Virus record (IMG/VR): IMGVR_UViG_3300012344_000001 | Location: 1 to 64,000 of that record | Strand: one strand, 5' to 3' | Origin: a virus | Lineage: Duplodnaviria > Caudoviricetes | Length of the DNA: 64,000 nt | In this document: positions 46,613 to 55,993 of the stretch, in pieces | Position numbering within the stretch: position 1 is the stretch's first letter | How the letters are laid out: every line of letters begins with the position of its first letter | Made by a program: the position numbers and the translations under genes | The notes under the pieces: generated by a model | Database searches by the model: none | Told to the model about the DNA's origin: nothing | The model's input: the letters and a program-made list of their open reading frames with translations, nothing else

Positions 46613-47224
46613 TCAACCAAAGATATCGTGATACAACTTGTCGAAATCTTCGTTCCGTTCAATAACATAATCACCCGTGTTCGAAAGTTCGTATGTGATA
46701 CGAAGATGTGCGAACCTTCCGTCGGCGGTGTTCTTTGCGTAGTCCTTGTCCTTGTCGGTCTTTTCGATGAAACCGAAACTAAGCAACTCCTTCAAATGTC
46801 GCGAATACAGATGCGAACGGTCAATACCAAGCCATTCAGCAACCATCGGAAGCCGAATTCTAAAATTGCCGTCGTGGTCTGCGTGAATCTTGGCGTAGAT
46901 TAGAAGAAACAATGCAAGCCGTCTTGACCGGATGTAGTCAGCAGCATACTTGATTCGTTCAATGTCTTCGTTGTTGATTCGAACACAGAAGTTCCGCTTC
47001 ATTTTGCCGCGTTTGTCATAAGCGTTCATAATCGTCAAGTTGTAATTAGCAAACTTGTAACCAAGTTCGTTCAACCAGTTCGCAACAAAGTCTTTCGCAT
47101 AGTGCGCCGATTTGCCTTCTTCTTTAAGGTATCGGGCAATCTTGAAGATGTATTCATCAAGACAATATTTGGTAACCTTTCGCCCAGCGATGTATTCTTG
47201 AACTTCTTCAAATTCGTTAAACAA
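46613..47224 (-). CDS. Winged-helix-like DNA-binding protein
   Basis: VAEWLGIDRSHL...LKELLSFGFIE pattern; next to the RNAP gene. Confidence 0.5.
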   Translation of the reverse strand: MFNEFEEVQEYIAGRKVTKYCLDEYIFKIARYLKEEGKSAHYAKDFVANWLNELGYKFANYNLTIMNAYDKRGKMKRNFCVRINNEDIERIKYAADYIRSRRLALFLLIYAKIHADHDGNFRIRLPMVAEWLGIDRSHLYSRHLKELLSFGFIEKTDKDKDYAKNTADGRFAHLRITYELSNTGDYVIERNEDFDKLYHDIFG

Positions 47225-47328
47225 TAAAAGCCGTCCTTTCAGTGGGCGAAAAATGGCACCTTTTGGTCGTCCTACTTTTGCAGTATCTATAAAGTATTAT
47301 ATTCAATTATATCTGACGGCGGTTGGCA

Positions 47329-49860
47329 TTATTCACCAACCGCTTCGCCAGTATAACTAATCATACTATACCGCTTACCAAGGTAGGCATATTCGCCAGT
47401 CGGATTTTTTACAGGCAGTGCAATTTCCACCTGTTTGATATTTTCAAGTACGCCTTCAGAAGCACACGACCAAATGAACTTCTTGCCGCGCTTCGGATAC
47501 TTTTCGTAGCACAGCTTAACAGCAATGTTCGCAAGTTCCTTTTTGTCTGGACAAAGCTTCAAGCATTCATTCCTATACTTCGAATACACGGAATCCCAGT
47601 TCACATAGTAGTTCATCGCCGATTCCTTATCCCATGCCTTCAGTTCGTCTTTGAATTCATCGTAGCGATGAAGCTTGTTTTCGAATGTGACAAGGTACTT
47701 CATTTCCTTGTTGAAGTCCTTATACACGCCTTCGATTGCTTCGAAGTGTTCAGGCGAAACTTCTACGCTGTCATCAACCATGATTGTGTAGTCAAAAGCA
47801 TCAGCGCGTTTCCACTTGATTTCACGGTCGTGGAACTTTTCAATCATGAACGCAAGCTGATTCATGTTACTACGGGCGCGGCTAAAGCGATATGTGCTTT
47901 TAGTGCGTTCCATTGATTCAAATAGCCTATTGTAGTATTCACCAACATACCGCATGAAGTATGGATACGGTTTTGAATACTTAGCAATCTCGAACGGAAT
48001 CTGCATGATATACCCAGTCTTCGCGAAGTCGATTGCGAACGAATTAACGATTGAAAGAATGTCGACGTAGGTTTCGTATCGCTTCTGTTGTGTTTCCTTC
48101 TTCGTGATTTTGTTGTGATAGCACGTTGCCGCATTTGAATCTTCGCCAATCAGCGAAACAAGTGTCCGTTCAACGAGGCTTGCAATGTTTTCGATTGTGA
48201 TATCTTCTGCAAGCGCAGTAAGCTTTTCGTCGAGATTAAGGACGATTGCACAATCCTTGTCAGCGCCTTCAAGAAATAGTGGTTCGTCCATCAGCAGAAC
48301 CAAATCTCCGTCATAGTCAGCTCCGTTCATTCGCTGTGGACTTGGGCTTTTGCCATTAAGCATACAAGTGTTCACCAAGTGACCACAATATCGTTCAAGT
48401 TCTTCTGTGTTTTTTGCCTTCAGAATAAGATGTTCGCTTTTGCAAATGTGCGGATTTCGTTCAATCGCGTGTTCGCCTTCATAGCCCCTTGCCCAAAATT
48501 CATCGGCTTCAAGCGCGCCCTTTGGATTCTTGTCTCCACCAATCCATTCAAGCATCATGATGATGTCTGGAATCAAAAACTTGTAGCAAGCGCGAAGATA
48601 AATCTTGCCACACTTCATGCTGTCAATGTACTTCTTAACTTGACGCTTCAAGAAGTCGCGGACACTTTGTTCCTTCATCATTTCAGGATTCTTCATAATG
48701 GCGCGCGCATAATTATTAAGCGGCTTAGGATTGTCATTCGCCAAACCAAGGAAGCAATACGTGTAGAACGTGTCGCCATTAACAATCTTTTCAGCCCAGT
48801 TCATCGACTTAGACGCAAGCTTTTGGAATTCTTCGAAGGGCAAATCGAGGTCTTGCAGAATCTGATAGTTGCCGCGCGTATACACCGGTTCCTGTTCTTC
48901 TGTGAAATTCCACTTTGCAACGCCCCAGCAGTGTCCATACTTCTGGAACTTGCTCCAGTAGTTGTCCCAATCTTGGTATGTGCCAGTCTGTTTGAAATAC
49001 TTGAAACCCTTGTACATACTGACCGTCAGCACAATCATTGGTTCGTCAACGGAATGCCACTTTCCCCAGACGTCTTGAATGAATTCAATGTCGTGGTCGT
49101 GATAGTATGTCGTGTAGTCAATTTCGCAGACAAGCCCCTTGATGAACGGAGCGCGTAGCATCATCGTTGTCGGACGTTCTTCCATTCCAATGCGGTCGCG
49201 AACTTCATCAACAAGCGCGGGGTGTATGAAGCCGTGTCCGTCAAAAACATTGATTGGAACGTCTTTATACCCTTCTTCAATGCCGTGTGTCTTCCAAACG
49301 CGCTTTTCGCCAGTTTCCTTGTCGGCGTATTCGCGTTCTTCTTCCACCAACCAACGAAGTTTCTGGTGCGGCACCACCGTTTCGTAGTCGGGCACGACGA
49401 TTGTTTTGGGATACCACCCGTCAAGACAATGACACGAACTAAACATAAGACCGCGATACGCGCACCACTTCGAAAGGACTGTCTTTTTCATTTCCAAGTC
49501 CATGGTGATATGCCTGTCGACTTCTTCAGCAACAGAAGCATCAATGAAACCAAGGATTGCGTTTCTTGTCATGCTGGCGCTTCGTTCGCTCATGACAAAC
49601 TTCACGCCGTTAAGCATGAAGCCGTCAATGACCATGTGTTTGATTTCTTCCTTCTTGCTTTTAGAACCGTTACAGTCGATAAACACAATATATGGCACGA
49701 AGATACCGATTCTTCCGGTAATGTTTCGCAAAAGGCGAAACATCATGTTGTCACCCTGCGAAACGGTATAGTCGGCGTTATTTATGCGCGCGTCATAACC
49801 ACTGTTGATTATTACGCTTGCGGGCAGCTTTCTGACTTTGTAGAGCTTTGGTGCGAACAA
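47329..49860 (-). CDS. yonO: YonO-like single-subunit DNA-dependent RNA polymerase (cellular RdRP/double-psi-barrel family)
   Basis: 843 aa; DG.G, R.PFIKG, RNPH and catalytic GADYDGD motifs; AIDFAKTG; upstream of the virion genes as in SPbeta. Confidence 0.9.
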   Translation of the reverse strand: MFAPKLYKVRKLPASVIINSGYDARINNADYTVSQGDNMMFRLLRNITGRIGIFVPYIVFIDCNGSKSKKEEIKHMVIDGFMLNGVKFVMSERSASMTRNAILGFIDASVAEEVDRHITMDLEMKKTVLSKWCAYRGLMFSSCHCLDGWYPKTIVVPDYETVVPHQKLRWLVEEEREYADKETGEKRVWKTHGIEEGYKDVPINVFDGHGFIHPALVDEVRDRIGMEERPTTMMLRAPFIKGLVCEIDYTTYYHDHDIEFIQDVWGKWHSVDEPMIVLTVSMYKGFKYFKQTGTYQDWDNYWSKFQKYGHCWGVAKWNFTEEQEPVYTRGNYQILQDLDLPFEEFQKLASKSMNWAEKIVNGDTFYTYCFLGLANDNPKPLNNYARAIMKNPEMMKEQSVRDFLKRQVKKYIDSMKCGKIYLRACYKFLIPDIIMMLEWIGGDKNPKGALEADEFWARGYEGEHAIERNPHICKSEHLILKAKNTEELERYCGHLVNTCMLNGKSPSPQRMNGADYDGDLVLLMDEPLFLEGADKDCAIVLNLDEKLTALAEDITIENIASLVERTLVSLIGEDSNAATCYHNKITKKETQQKRYETYVDILSIVNSFAIDFAKTGYIMQIPFEIAKYSKPYPYFMRYVGEYYNRLFESMERTKSTYRFSRARSNMNQLAFMIEKFHDREIKWKRADAFDYTIMVDDSVEVSPEHFEAIEGVYKDFNKEMKYLVTFENKLHRYDEFKDELKAWDKESAMNYYVNWDSVYSKYRNECLKLCPDKKELANIAVKLCYEKYPKRGKKFIWSCASEGVLENIKQVEIALPVKNPTGEYAYLGKRYSMISYTGEAVGE

Positions 49861-50237
49861 TCAACCACATCCTTAACGCATCTAAGAATTTCGGTAACAG
49901 CGGGCCAAACGTCTTCGCCTTCATTTTCAACAGTGAAGTCCACATGGATTGAATCATACTTCTGCGCTTCTGTCATAATTTCAGCAAAAACGGCTTTTTC
50001 ATCCATGCCAGAATCAATGCAATGTCTGAACCGCTTATACGTTCCACGCGAAACAAAAAACGAAACGAAGTCCATATCCTTGTCCGTCTGCATCTTTCGC
50101 AAGCCATACGGGCTTGAAACAAATACCTTTAGGTCGTTCGCGTCACCATCTGCCGCTTCATAGCGAAAGTAGTCCATCAGCCGCTTTGCGATGTCGTCCA
50201 CGCCACTTCCGATTTTACCAATAAGAACAATGTTCAA
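49812..50237 (-). CDS. Short guanylate-kinase-like P-loop protein
   Basis: IVLIGKIGSG P-loop-like motif (canonical Lys absent); shortened. Confidence 0.5.
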   Translation of the reverse strand: MNIVLIGKIGSGVDDIAKRLMDYFRYEAADGDANDLKVFVSSPYGLRKMQTDKDMDFVSFFVSRGTYKRFRHCIDSGMDEKAVFAEIMTEAQKYDSIHVDFTVENEGEDVWPAVTEILRCVKDVVDCSHQSSTKSESCPQA

Positions 50238-50804
50238 TTAACCACGACCTTCCAAATACTTCTGAATTTCACGACCGAACGCATCAGACTTGTTATAGTG
50301 ACAGGACTTGTCACATTCGGGACAGATGCCACCGCGATAAACGCATTCACGAACGCAGCAACTTGCAAGATTATGGTCAACAGCGTCAAGCGTTCTAATC
50401 ACCTGCTTCCATACTTCGCGCGTTTCGGGATGCGCCATGTTGCAAAGCCGCTTTCGACTAACGTTAATGAGCGCCTGCGCATTAAGCACAATGTCCATGT
50501 TTACAAGTGCGCCTTGCGGCAGTTCGTCACGCGGAATATCCGACTTATGCCTATCGTCGCGCTGCGTGCTGACATACGGCGTATACCCTTCGTGGTGCCG
50601 CACAAGGTGCGTAGCTACCCAAGACTTAATTCCACGGATTTCGATAAGGAACGTCTTGGCACGAATTGGGGAATGTTCCTTGAAGTAAATGTCCTTCATA
50701 AACCTTTCGGAAGGAAGCTTTTCCGCGTCGTCTTTCCACACCGTTACCCGCGCCGTATTAAGAACAGCAGAATCATCTGTCAGCGGGAAAATCTGGATTA
50801 TCAT
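50238..50804 (-). CDS. thyX: ThyX-like (flavin-dependent thymidylate synthase family) protein
   Basis: EHSP, HLVRHH, STQR and RLC..A..ETR motifs. Confidence 0.75.
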   Translation of the reverse strand: MIIQIFPLTDDSAVLNTARVTVWKDDAEKLPSERFMKDIYFKEHSPIRAKTFLIEIRGIKSWVATHLVRHHEGYTPYVSTQRDDRHKSDIPRDELPQGALVNMDIVLNAQALINVSRKRLCNMAHPETREVWKQVIRTLDAVDHNLASCCVRECVYRGGICPECDKSCHYNKSDAFGREIQKYLEGRG

Positions 50805-51357
50805 TAAACCACCTCAACAGTTCTTCAATTTCTTGCCACGTGTCAACTACATAAATATCTGCACCAGCAGGAATCTTCTGCCATGTATGACTGTTGCCGT
50901 TCTTGAACAGAATCTTCACAGCGGCGTTCGTGTATAGAAGCGAATCAACCCTGTCGTCGATTTGGACTGCACCAGCCATATCAAATTCGCACTTATCACG
51001 ACCGCTTTTCCTTCCGCCTTGCGTGTCAATGAATGCAATTCCATAGCCAAGCGCACTTTCGGATATAAACTGCGCCTTCCTGCGAAGATTCTCAGAACAG
51101 CCGCAACTGCACACAGTCACATCGTGTCCGCGAAGAATGTCAACGGCGTCACGAAATAGAGCCACATTGTTCCAGAAGTAGTCACCTGCATAGACATCTT
51201 CTACCATCTTGGGTGTCATGTGCCGATAGACGGAGCGGTAGCACCAGTCATGGACGTCATTCACGGTCTTGCTTAACCCGTACTTTTCGTTCAAATAGTT
51301 AACTACGGTCGCGCTCGACATGGCAAGCGTGTCGTCGAAATCAACGAAAATTTTCAA
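50773..51357 (-). CDS. HAD-family 5'(3')-deoxyribonucleotidase
   Basis: VDFDDTL and IDD motifs; probable TTG start near 51357. Confidence 0.8.
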   Translation of the reverse strand: MKIFVDFDDTLAMSSATVVNYLNEKYGLSKTVNDVHDWCYRSVYRHMTPKMVEDVYAGDYFWNNVALFRDAVDILRGHDVTVCSCGCSENLRRKAQFISESALGYGIAFIDTQGGRKSGRDKCEFDMAGAVQIDDRVDSLLYTNAAVKILFKNGNSHTWQKIPAGADIYVVDTWQEIEELLRWFNDNPDFPADR

Positions 51358-51384
51358 ATCATCACTTCCTTCATTGCAATCGTG

Positions 51385-51739
51385 ATTATACCACAAAATG
51401 CAGCATTTGTCAAGCCCTTTTCGCAAATGTTCACAAAATGTTTACAATTACAAATCGCGCAGAAAAGAAAGAAAAAAGAAACAAAGAAAACTGATGTTCC
51501 CCCCTATAACCCCCTTCTTAGTAAAGAAATAAATAAAAAAGAAAGAAAAGAATATAACAGGGAATATTTATATACTTCGTTATTGTTCAAGAATAATAAA
51601 TTATTCTTTCTCAATAACTTCGTATATAAATATATATTATATATTATAGCAAACAGCAAACGATTTGTCAAGTCTTTCAAAATGTTCACAAAATGTTTAC
51701 AATTTACCTATTGACAAATCGAGAAAAATGTGTTATAAT
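51385..51739. promoter_or_regulatory. Divergent promoter region
   Basis: Exact TTGACA-N17-TATAAT at 51385-51413 (-), 51643-51671 (-) and 51711-51739 (+); two identical TGTTCACAAAATGTTTACAA boxes (51428, 51683); coding strand switches here. Confidence 0.88.
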
Positions 51740-52291
51740 ACGCACATAAAGGTGGTGATAGAACTGAAAGTTATCGTGATTAGCGGAAAGGCTGGAAGCG
51801 GCAAAAACTTCGTTGCAGACGTGATGCGGCACAAACTTGAGGACGATGGGCATCATGTTCTTACTGTTGCTTTTGGCGACTATGTTAAGTTCCTTTGTAA
51901 AACCTATTTCGACTGGAACGGCGAAAAGGATGAAAAGGGAAGAACGCTTCTACAGCACATTGGGACAGGTGTTTTTCGGCAGTATGACGAGGATTACTTT
52001 GCAAATCGCGTTGTAGACTTAATCAAGGCTGTGGATATCTGGGACTACGTTATCATACCAGACTTGCGGTTTGAAAATGAACTTCATGTAATTCACAGCA
52101 ACTTCGATGCTGTTGCCGTTCGTGTAGAACGCGAAGGTTTCGAGAACGGTCTTACAGCTACACAGAAGTTGAATCAGTCAGAAACCGAACTTGATAATCA
52201 TCCGGGCTTTGACTACACTATCAACACTAATGATGCTGCTGAAAAGAAGCGGCAAGCACTTATGATTCTGGAGGAAATTGTAAATGGCTAA
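51665..52291 (+). CDS. Deoxynucleoside monophosphate kinase
   Basis: SGKAGSGK, R.LLQ..G, IPDLRF.NE and SET motifs; true start is probably downstream of the promoter (~51755-51765). Confidence 0.85.
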   Translation: MSSLSKCSQNVYNLPIDKSRKMCYNTHIKVVIELKVIVISGKAGSGKNFVADVMRHKLEDDGHHVLTVAFGDYVKFLCKTYFDWNGEKDEKGRTLLQHIGTGVFRQYDEDYFANRVVDLIKAVDIWDYVIIPDLRFENELHVIHSNFDAVAVRVEREGFENGLTATQKLNQSETELDNHPGFDYTINTNDAAEKKRQALMILEEIVNG

Positions 52292-52550
52292 TAAGAAAAC
52301 AACTACTGCTGCTGTCGACGCGTCTCCCGAGATTGCGAACGACATTCCCACGCCGACCTATCACAAGGTAGAAGAAAAGATTCCTTCTAAGCTGTGGTAC
52401 TGCGTGGAAGACGCTACTGGTATTGGAACTATGGCGCTGAATCTTCCTTCTGGCTGTCTGATTATGGCTGTTGTTGACAAGAACCAGCCGGCACTTCAGT
52501 ACATTCCGGGAATCCACTACGATGAAACAAACAAGCGATTTTCCGTATAA
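52284..52550 (+). CDS. Hypothetical protein
   Basis: GGAGG RBS; overlaps the upstream stop. Confidence 0.6.
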   Translation: MANKKTTTAAVDASPEIANDIPTPTYHKVEEKIPSKLWYCVEDATGIGTMALNLPSGCLIMAVVDKNQPALQYIPGIHYDETNKRFSV

Positions 52551-53235
52551 CCCATACGGACGACAAAAGGCTATCATTCTTGGCACTTCTGATGATGGAC
52601 GCGTGTTACTGAAGGTAGACGACCTTTCACTTATTGACAAATGCAAATCGGTCTTCATATCACCAAACGACACGCGTCAAATCACAGCAAACCAACGAAG
52701 AATGGTATGGGCGTTAATCGGCTATATAGCGGAATGGCAGGGTGAATCTAAGGCATCTGCAATGAAGACAATGGTTAATGAAGCCATGAAGTATGACTTC
52801 CTTTCGTTGGCAGGTGAAGATATCGGAGAATCATTCTCGTTGTCGAATGCGCCAATGTCGCTTGTATGCGAGTATCAAAAGTTTTTAATTGACTTCATTA
52901 TCGAAAACGACATTCAGACGGACAGACCGCTTTACGAATACGTTGATGACAACGACCGCTACGTATACAGTTGCCTTGTGAAGCAACGCTGCTGCATCTG
53001 CGGGCTGAAGTCGGATTTACATCACTGCAACATTGACGGTTCGCGTGTAGGCATGGGACGCGATAGAAGGGCGATTATACATGAAGGGCTGTCCGTTCTT
53101 CCACTTTGCCGCGAACACCACAACGAAATACATACCATGCCAGAAAACGAATTTTTCGCAAAATACCACATCAGTCCAATAAAGTTAGACAAAAATCTAT
53201 GCAGGAGGTACGGTTTGCACACCTATGCTGAATGA
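52471..53235 (+). CDS. DUF968-like putative HNH nuclease
   Basis: CCICG...DLHH...VGMGR.R...LPLCREHH.E.H motif; likely start at 52522. Confidence 0.8.
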   Translation: MLTRTSRHFSTFRESTTMKQTSDFPYNPYGRQKAIILGTSDDGRVLLKVDDLSLIDKCKSVFISPNDTRQITANQRRMVWALIGYIAEWQGESKASAMKTMVNEAMKYDFLSLAGEDIGESFSLSNAPMSLVCEYQKFLIDFIIENDIQTDRPLYEYVDDNDRYVYSCLVKQRCCICGLKSDLHHCNIDGSRVGMGRDRRAIIHEGLSVLPLCREHHNEIHTMPENEFFAKYHISPIKLDKNLCRRYGLHTYAE

Positions 53236-53432
53236 TGCACACTATCAGATTTTTTGACGACGGCGGCATCTTCTTAGAAGAATTCGCCTACAACAACGTG
53301 ATTGTTCCACATCTTGGTTCCGACGTTGTTGTGAATGATATGCGATACTTCGTCACAGATGTCCTTATTACTTACGAAGGAGACCAGCAGTGCGTTGACG
53401 TTACTGTTGAACGAATCAATGAATTGGATTAA
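53232..53432 (+). CDS. Hypothetical protein
   Basis: ATGA coupling with the upstream gene. Confidence 0.55.
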   Translation: MMHTIRFFDDGGIFLEEFAYNNVIVPHLGSDVVVNDMRYFVTDVLITYEGDQQCVDVTVERINELD

Positions 53433-53640
53433 AACCGAAGACCGCCTACCGAATGAAGGCGAAAAGGTCTGCGTAATGACCTATGACGCAAACGGCTTCA
53501 ATGCAACCTTTGTTGGCGGCAACTTTATTGCAGACGGCACCAACGAATCCGTCAAGCCAGACGGCGTGGCTTATTGGTGCGTTGGCGAAAACTTTAACGC
53601 GCAGATTAAGAAGAAGTGCGGAATGTGCGGGAGGATTTAA
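53419..53640 (+). CDS. DUF551-like small protein
   Basis: MNWIKTEDRLP...V.YW motif. Confidence 0.6.
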   Translation: MNWIKTEDRLPNEGEKVCVMTYDANGFNATFVGGNFIADGTNESVKPDGVAYWCVGENFNAQIKKKCGMCGRI

Positions 53641-53642
53641 CT

Positions 53643-54266
53643 ATGCTTGACGATATTGTGATTGACCTTAGCGGAATTGAGGGGCTGTTCGATAAGCACC
53701 TACCCGACCCCGACCTGCTTGAGTTTTATCGCAACTGCAACGACCGAATCGTTATCTGGAATAACGGAATCGACGATTCGTTCTGTAGCATTGGTTATCA
53801 GATTATGCGTTACAACATGGAAGACAAGGGCAAGCCGGTCGAAGACCGCATTCCCATCAAGCTGTTCATCAACAGCAACGGTGGTGAAATTGACGCAACC
53901 TTCTACGTCATGGACATCATCGCGGCTTCTAAGACGCCGGTCTACACGATTGGCATGAGCCGCTGCTATAGCGCAGGCGGACTGATTCTTATGGGCGGGC
54001 ACAAACGCTTCATCTTCAAGAACACGAAGTTCCTGCTTCATGACGGCGCAGTTGGCGACGTAAATTCGATGGGTAAGTTCTCTGACCACGCGGACTTCGT
54101 CAAGGAAAGCGAAAAGCGCATGATGGCTTACGTCACCAGCCACACCAACATCACCGAAAAGGAATATTCCGACAACTACCGTCGCGACTGGTATATGTTC
54201 GCCGATGAAATCATTGCGCGTGGCGTCGCCGACAAAATTATCGAAAGCGTGGACGAAATCATCTAA
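53643..54266 (+). CDS. clpP: ClpP-like serine protease
   Basis: PIKLFINSNGG, CYSAG (Ser), LLHDG (His), RDWY (Asp). Confidence 0.88.
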   Translation: MLDDIVIDLSGIEGLFDKHLPDPDLLEFYRNCNDRIVIWNNGIDDSFCSIGYQIMRYNMEDKGKPVEDRIPIKLFINSNGGEIDATFYVMDIIAASKTPVYTIGMSRCYSAGGLILMGGHKRFIFKNTKFLLHDGAVGDVNSMGKFSDHADFVKESEKRMMAYVTSHTNITEKEYSDNYRRDWYMFADEIIARGVADKIIESVDEII

Positions 54267-54277
54267 GGAGACTGGTT

Positions 54278-54985
54278 ATGGCGGCAAGAAAGACACCTAC
54301 AATGCAAGTTCACAAAAAGGACTGCCCTGAAACTTTGAAAGACCACCCCTTCTACGGAATGGTCTTAGACGAAGAACAGGAGGCCTTTCGTGACGCGATT
54401 TGGGACAAAGACAAATTGATTGTCTTCTGTAATTCAAAGGCGGGAACCGGCAAGTCGACCGTGGCGGTTGGTACAGCCAACCTTTTGTATGAATACGGTC
54501 GCTACGATGGCATTATCGTCGTCATGTTTCCCTGTGAAGAAAATCGCCAAGGTTATCTTCCCGGGTCAATTACCGAAAAGTCTGAAGTGTACTTTGAACC
54601 AATCAATCAGGCAATTATCAAGTGCAACCTTGACCCGATGCACGTCGTGAATGACGAAAGCCTTGTGAACCTAAAGAACGGCGACGGTTACATCAAGCTT
54701 CTGACAAGCACATTCCTTCGCGGCACCAACTTTGAAAACAAGGTGGTTATCGTCGAGGAGTCGCAAAACGGGACGGTTGACGAATTAAAGAAAGTCCTTA
54801 CGCGTTGTGCAGACACCTGCAAGGTGGTCGTCATTGGACACACGGGGCAGTGCGACCTGCGCGGTAGCACCAGAAGCGGGTTCGCGCAGTACATCGACCA
54901 TTTCAAGGGCGAAGACAAGGCGGCGATTTGCGAACTGAAGACTAATCATCGCGGCTGGATTTCGACCAAAGCTGACGAAATCTGA
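54278..54985 (+). CDS. phoH: PhoH-family ATPase
   Basis: AGTGKS, GYLPG, FLRG.NF, EESQN, LTR and G..Q.D motifs. Confidence 0.9.
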   Translation: MAARKTPTMQVHKKDCPETLKDHPFYGMVLDEEQEAFRDAIWDKDKLIVFCNSKAGTGKSTVAVGTANLLYEYGRYDGIIVVMFPCEENRQGYLPGSITEKSEVYFEPINQAIIKCNLDPMHVVNDESLVNLKNGDGYIKLLTSTFLRGTNFENKVVIVEESQNGTVDELKKVLTRCADTCKVVVIGHTGQCDLRGSTRSGFAQYIDHFKGEDKAAICELKTNHRGWISTKADEI

Positions 54986-54991
54986 AAAGAC

Positions 54992-55020
54992 TTGACAAAA
55001 TGCAAAAAGCGTGCTATGAT
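54992..55020 (+). promoter_or_regulatory. sigma70 promoter
   Basis: TTGACA-N17-TATGAT. Confidence 0.75.
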
Positions 55021-55086
55021 ATAAGCACGATAGGGAAAGGGGCTGGCAACAGCCCCGCCCAATAAAAATGAAACGAGGAAATAAAA

Positions 55087-55221
55087 ATGATTGAACTTAT
55101 CTTCTGCCTGCTTATCAATGCTATCTTCTTCCCGAACGGCTACAACGATTCGCAGTCGCGCGCGGCAAGCTACGGCGCCTACTGCGGCGCTAAGAAGGCC
55201 ATTCGTCGCAGTTGCCGTTGA
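55087..55221 (+). CDS. Small protein (44 aa) with hydrophobic N-terminus
   Basis: Hand translation MIELIFCLLINAIFFPNG...KKAIRRSCR; GAGG RBS. Confidence 0.55.
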   Translation: MIELIFCLLINAIFFPNGYNDSQSRAASYGAYCGAKKAIRRSCR

Positions 55222-55236
55222 ACGGGAGGTGTGAAC

Positions 55237-55389
55237 ATGGGAATGATTTTAGTTTTCATCATTGTTCCGATTCTGCTGTTCCGCGAAATCGACAAACAAC
55301 AGCAGGTTGACGAAACCATCTTGAAGGCGCGCATGGCAGACGAAGAATTCAGAAAGCGCCTTCGCACAGAAGGCAAAACTCTGCTTTAA
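55237..55389 (+). CDS. Small membrane protein (50 aa)
   Basis: Hand translation MGMILVFIIVPILLFREID...; GGAGGT RBS. Confidence 0.6.
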   Translation: MGMILVFIIVPILLFREIDKQQQVDETILKARMADEEFRKRLRTEGKTLL

Positions 55390-55402
55390 GGAGGATTCGC
55401 GC

Positions 55403-55993
55403 ATGTGGCTTATTACAAATGGCGCGGGCTACATACTACAAGACGAACGCGGCGTTTCGACCGTGGCTAATCCCGAGTTGGCACTCAAGTTTTCGGAACG
55501 GAGCAAAGCCGAGAACTTCTACGCCAATTTGTCGAAGTCGTTCAAGAACATCGGCTACGCAGTTCAGGAGGCTACTGACCGCGAACGCTACAGCGACATC
55601 AACTTTGACGAATATCTCGACGAGGGCTGCTTGGACAACATCAAGTCGGACATCGCGGGCATTCAAACGCTACTTCGCAAGGTGCTGCGTATGCGTGAAC
55701 ATGCACAGTCGGAACTGGCAAAGGCAGACGCGGCGCTACTCGACATCGAACACGCGGCGGAGTTCTATTCGCTGAATGCGGCACAGGGCTATCGCCTTTA
55801 TCGGATGCTGCACGAAACGCGTCTGGAACGCAGACGTCGCAAAGACCAAATCGCGGTCTGCAATATCATTATCGACAGCGGCTTCGACGGGCTTCTGGAT
55901 GGGACGACGCTGAAACGAATCGCAGGCATGGACAGCCGCGAATATAAGCCGCGCATACTTCAGGAACTGTTCACGGAGGAAAGAAATGTCTGA
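55403..55993 (+). CDS. Hypothetical phage protein
   Basis: AAGGAGG RBS, 196-aa ORF. Confidence 0.7.
   Translation: MWLITNGAGYILQDERGVSTVANPELALKFSERSKAENFYANLSKSFKNIGYAVQEATDRERYSDINFDEYLDEGCLDNIKSDIAGIQTLLRKVLRMREHAQSELAKADAALLDIEHAAEFYSLNAAQGYRLYRMLHETRLERRRRKDQIAVCNIIIDSGFDGLLDGTTLKRIAGMDSREYKPRILQELFTEERNV

Noticed and set aside
47329-49860. RNA-dependent RNA polymerase or RNA-virus origin
   Set aside because: Context is a dsDNA phage; motifs and synteny fit a YonO-type DNA-dependent RNAP.
51504-51689. 61-aa minus-strand ORF in the divergent region
   Set aside because: Low-complexity translation overlapping promoters; probably non-coding.
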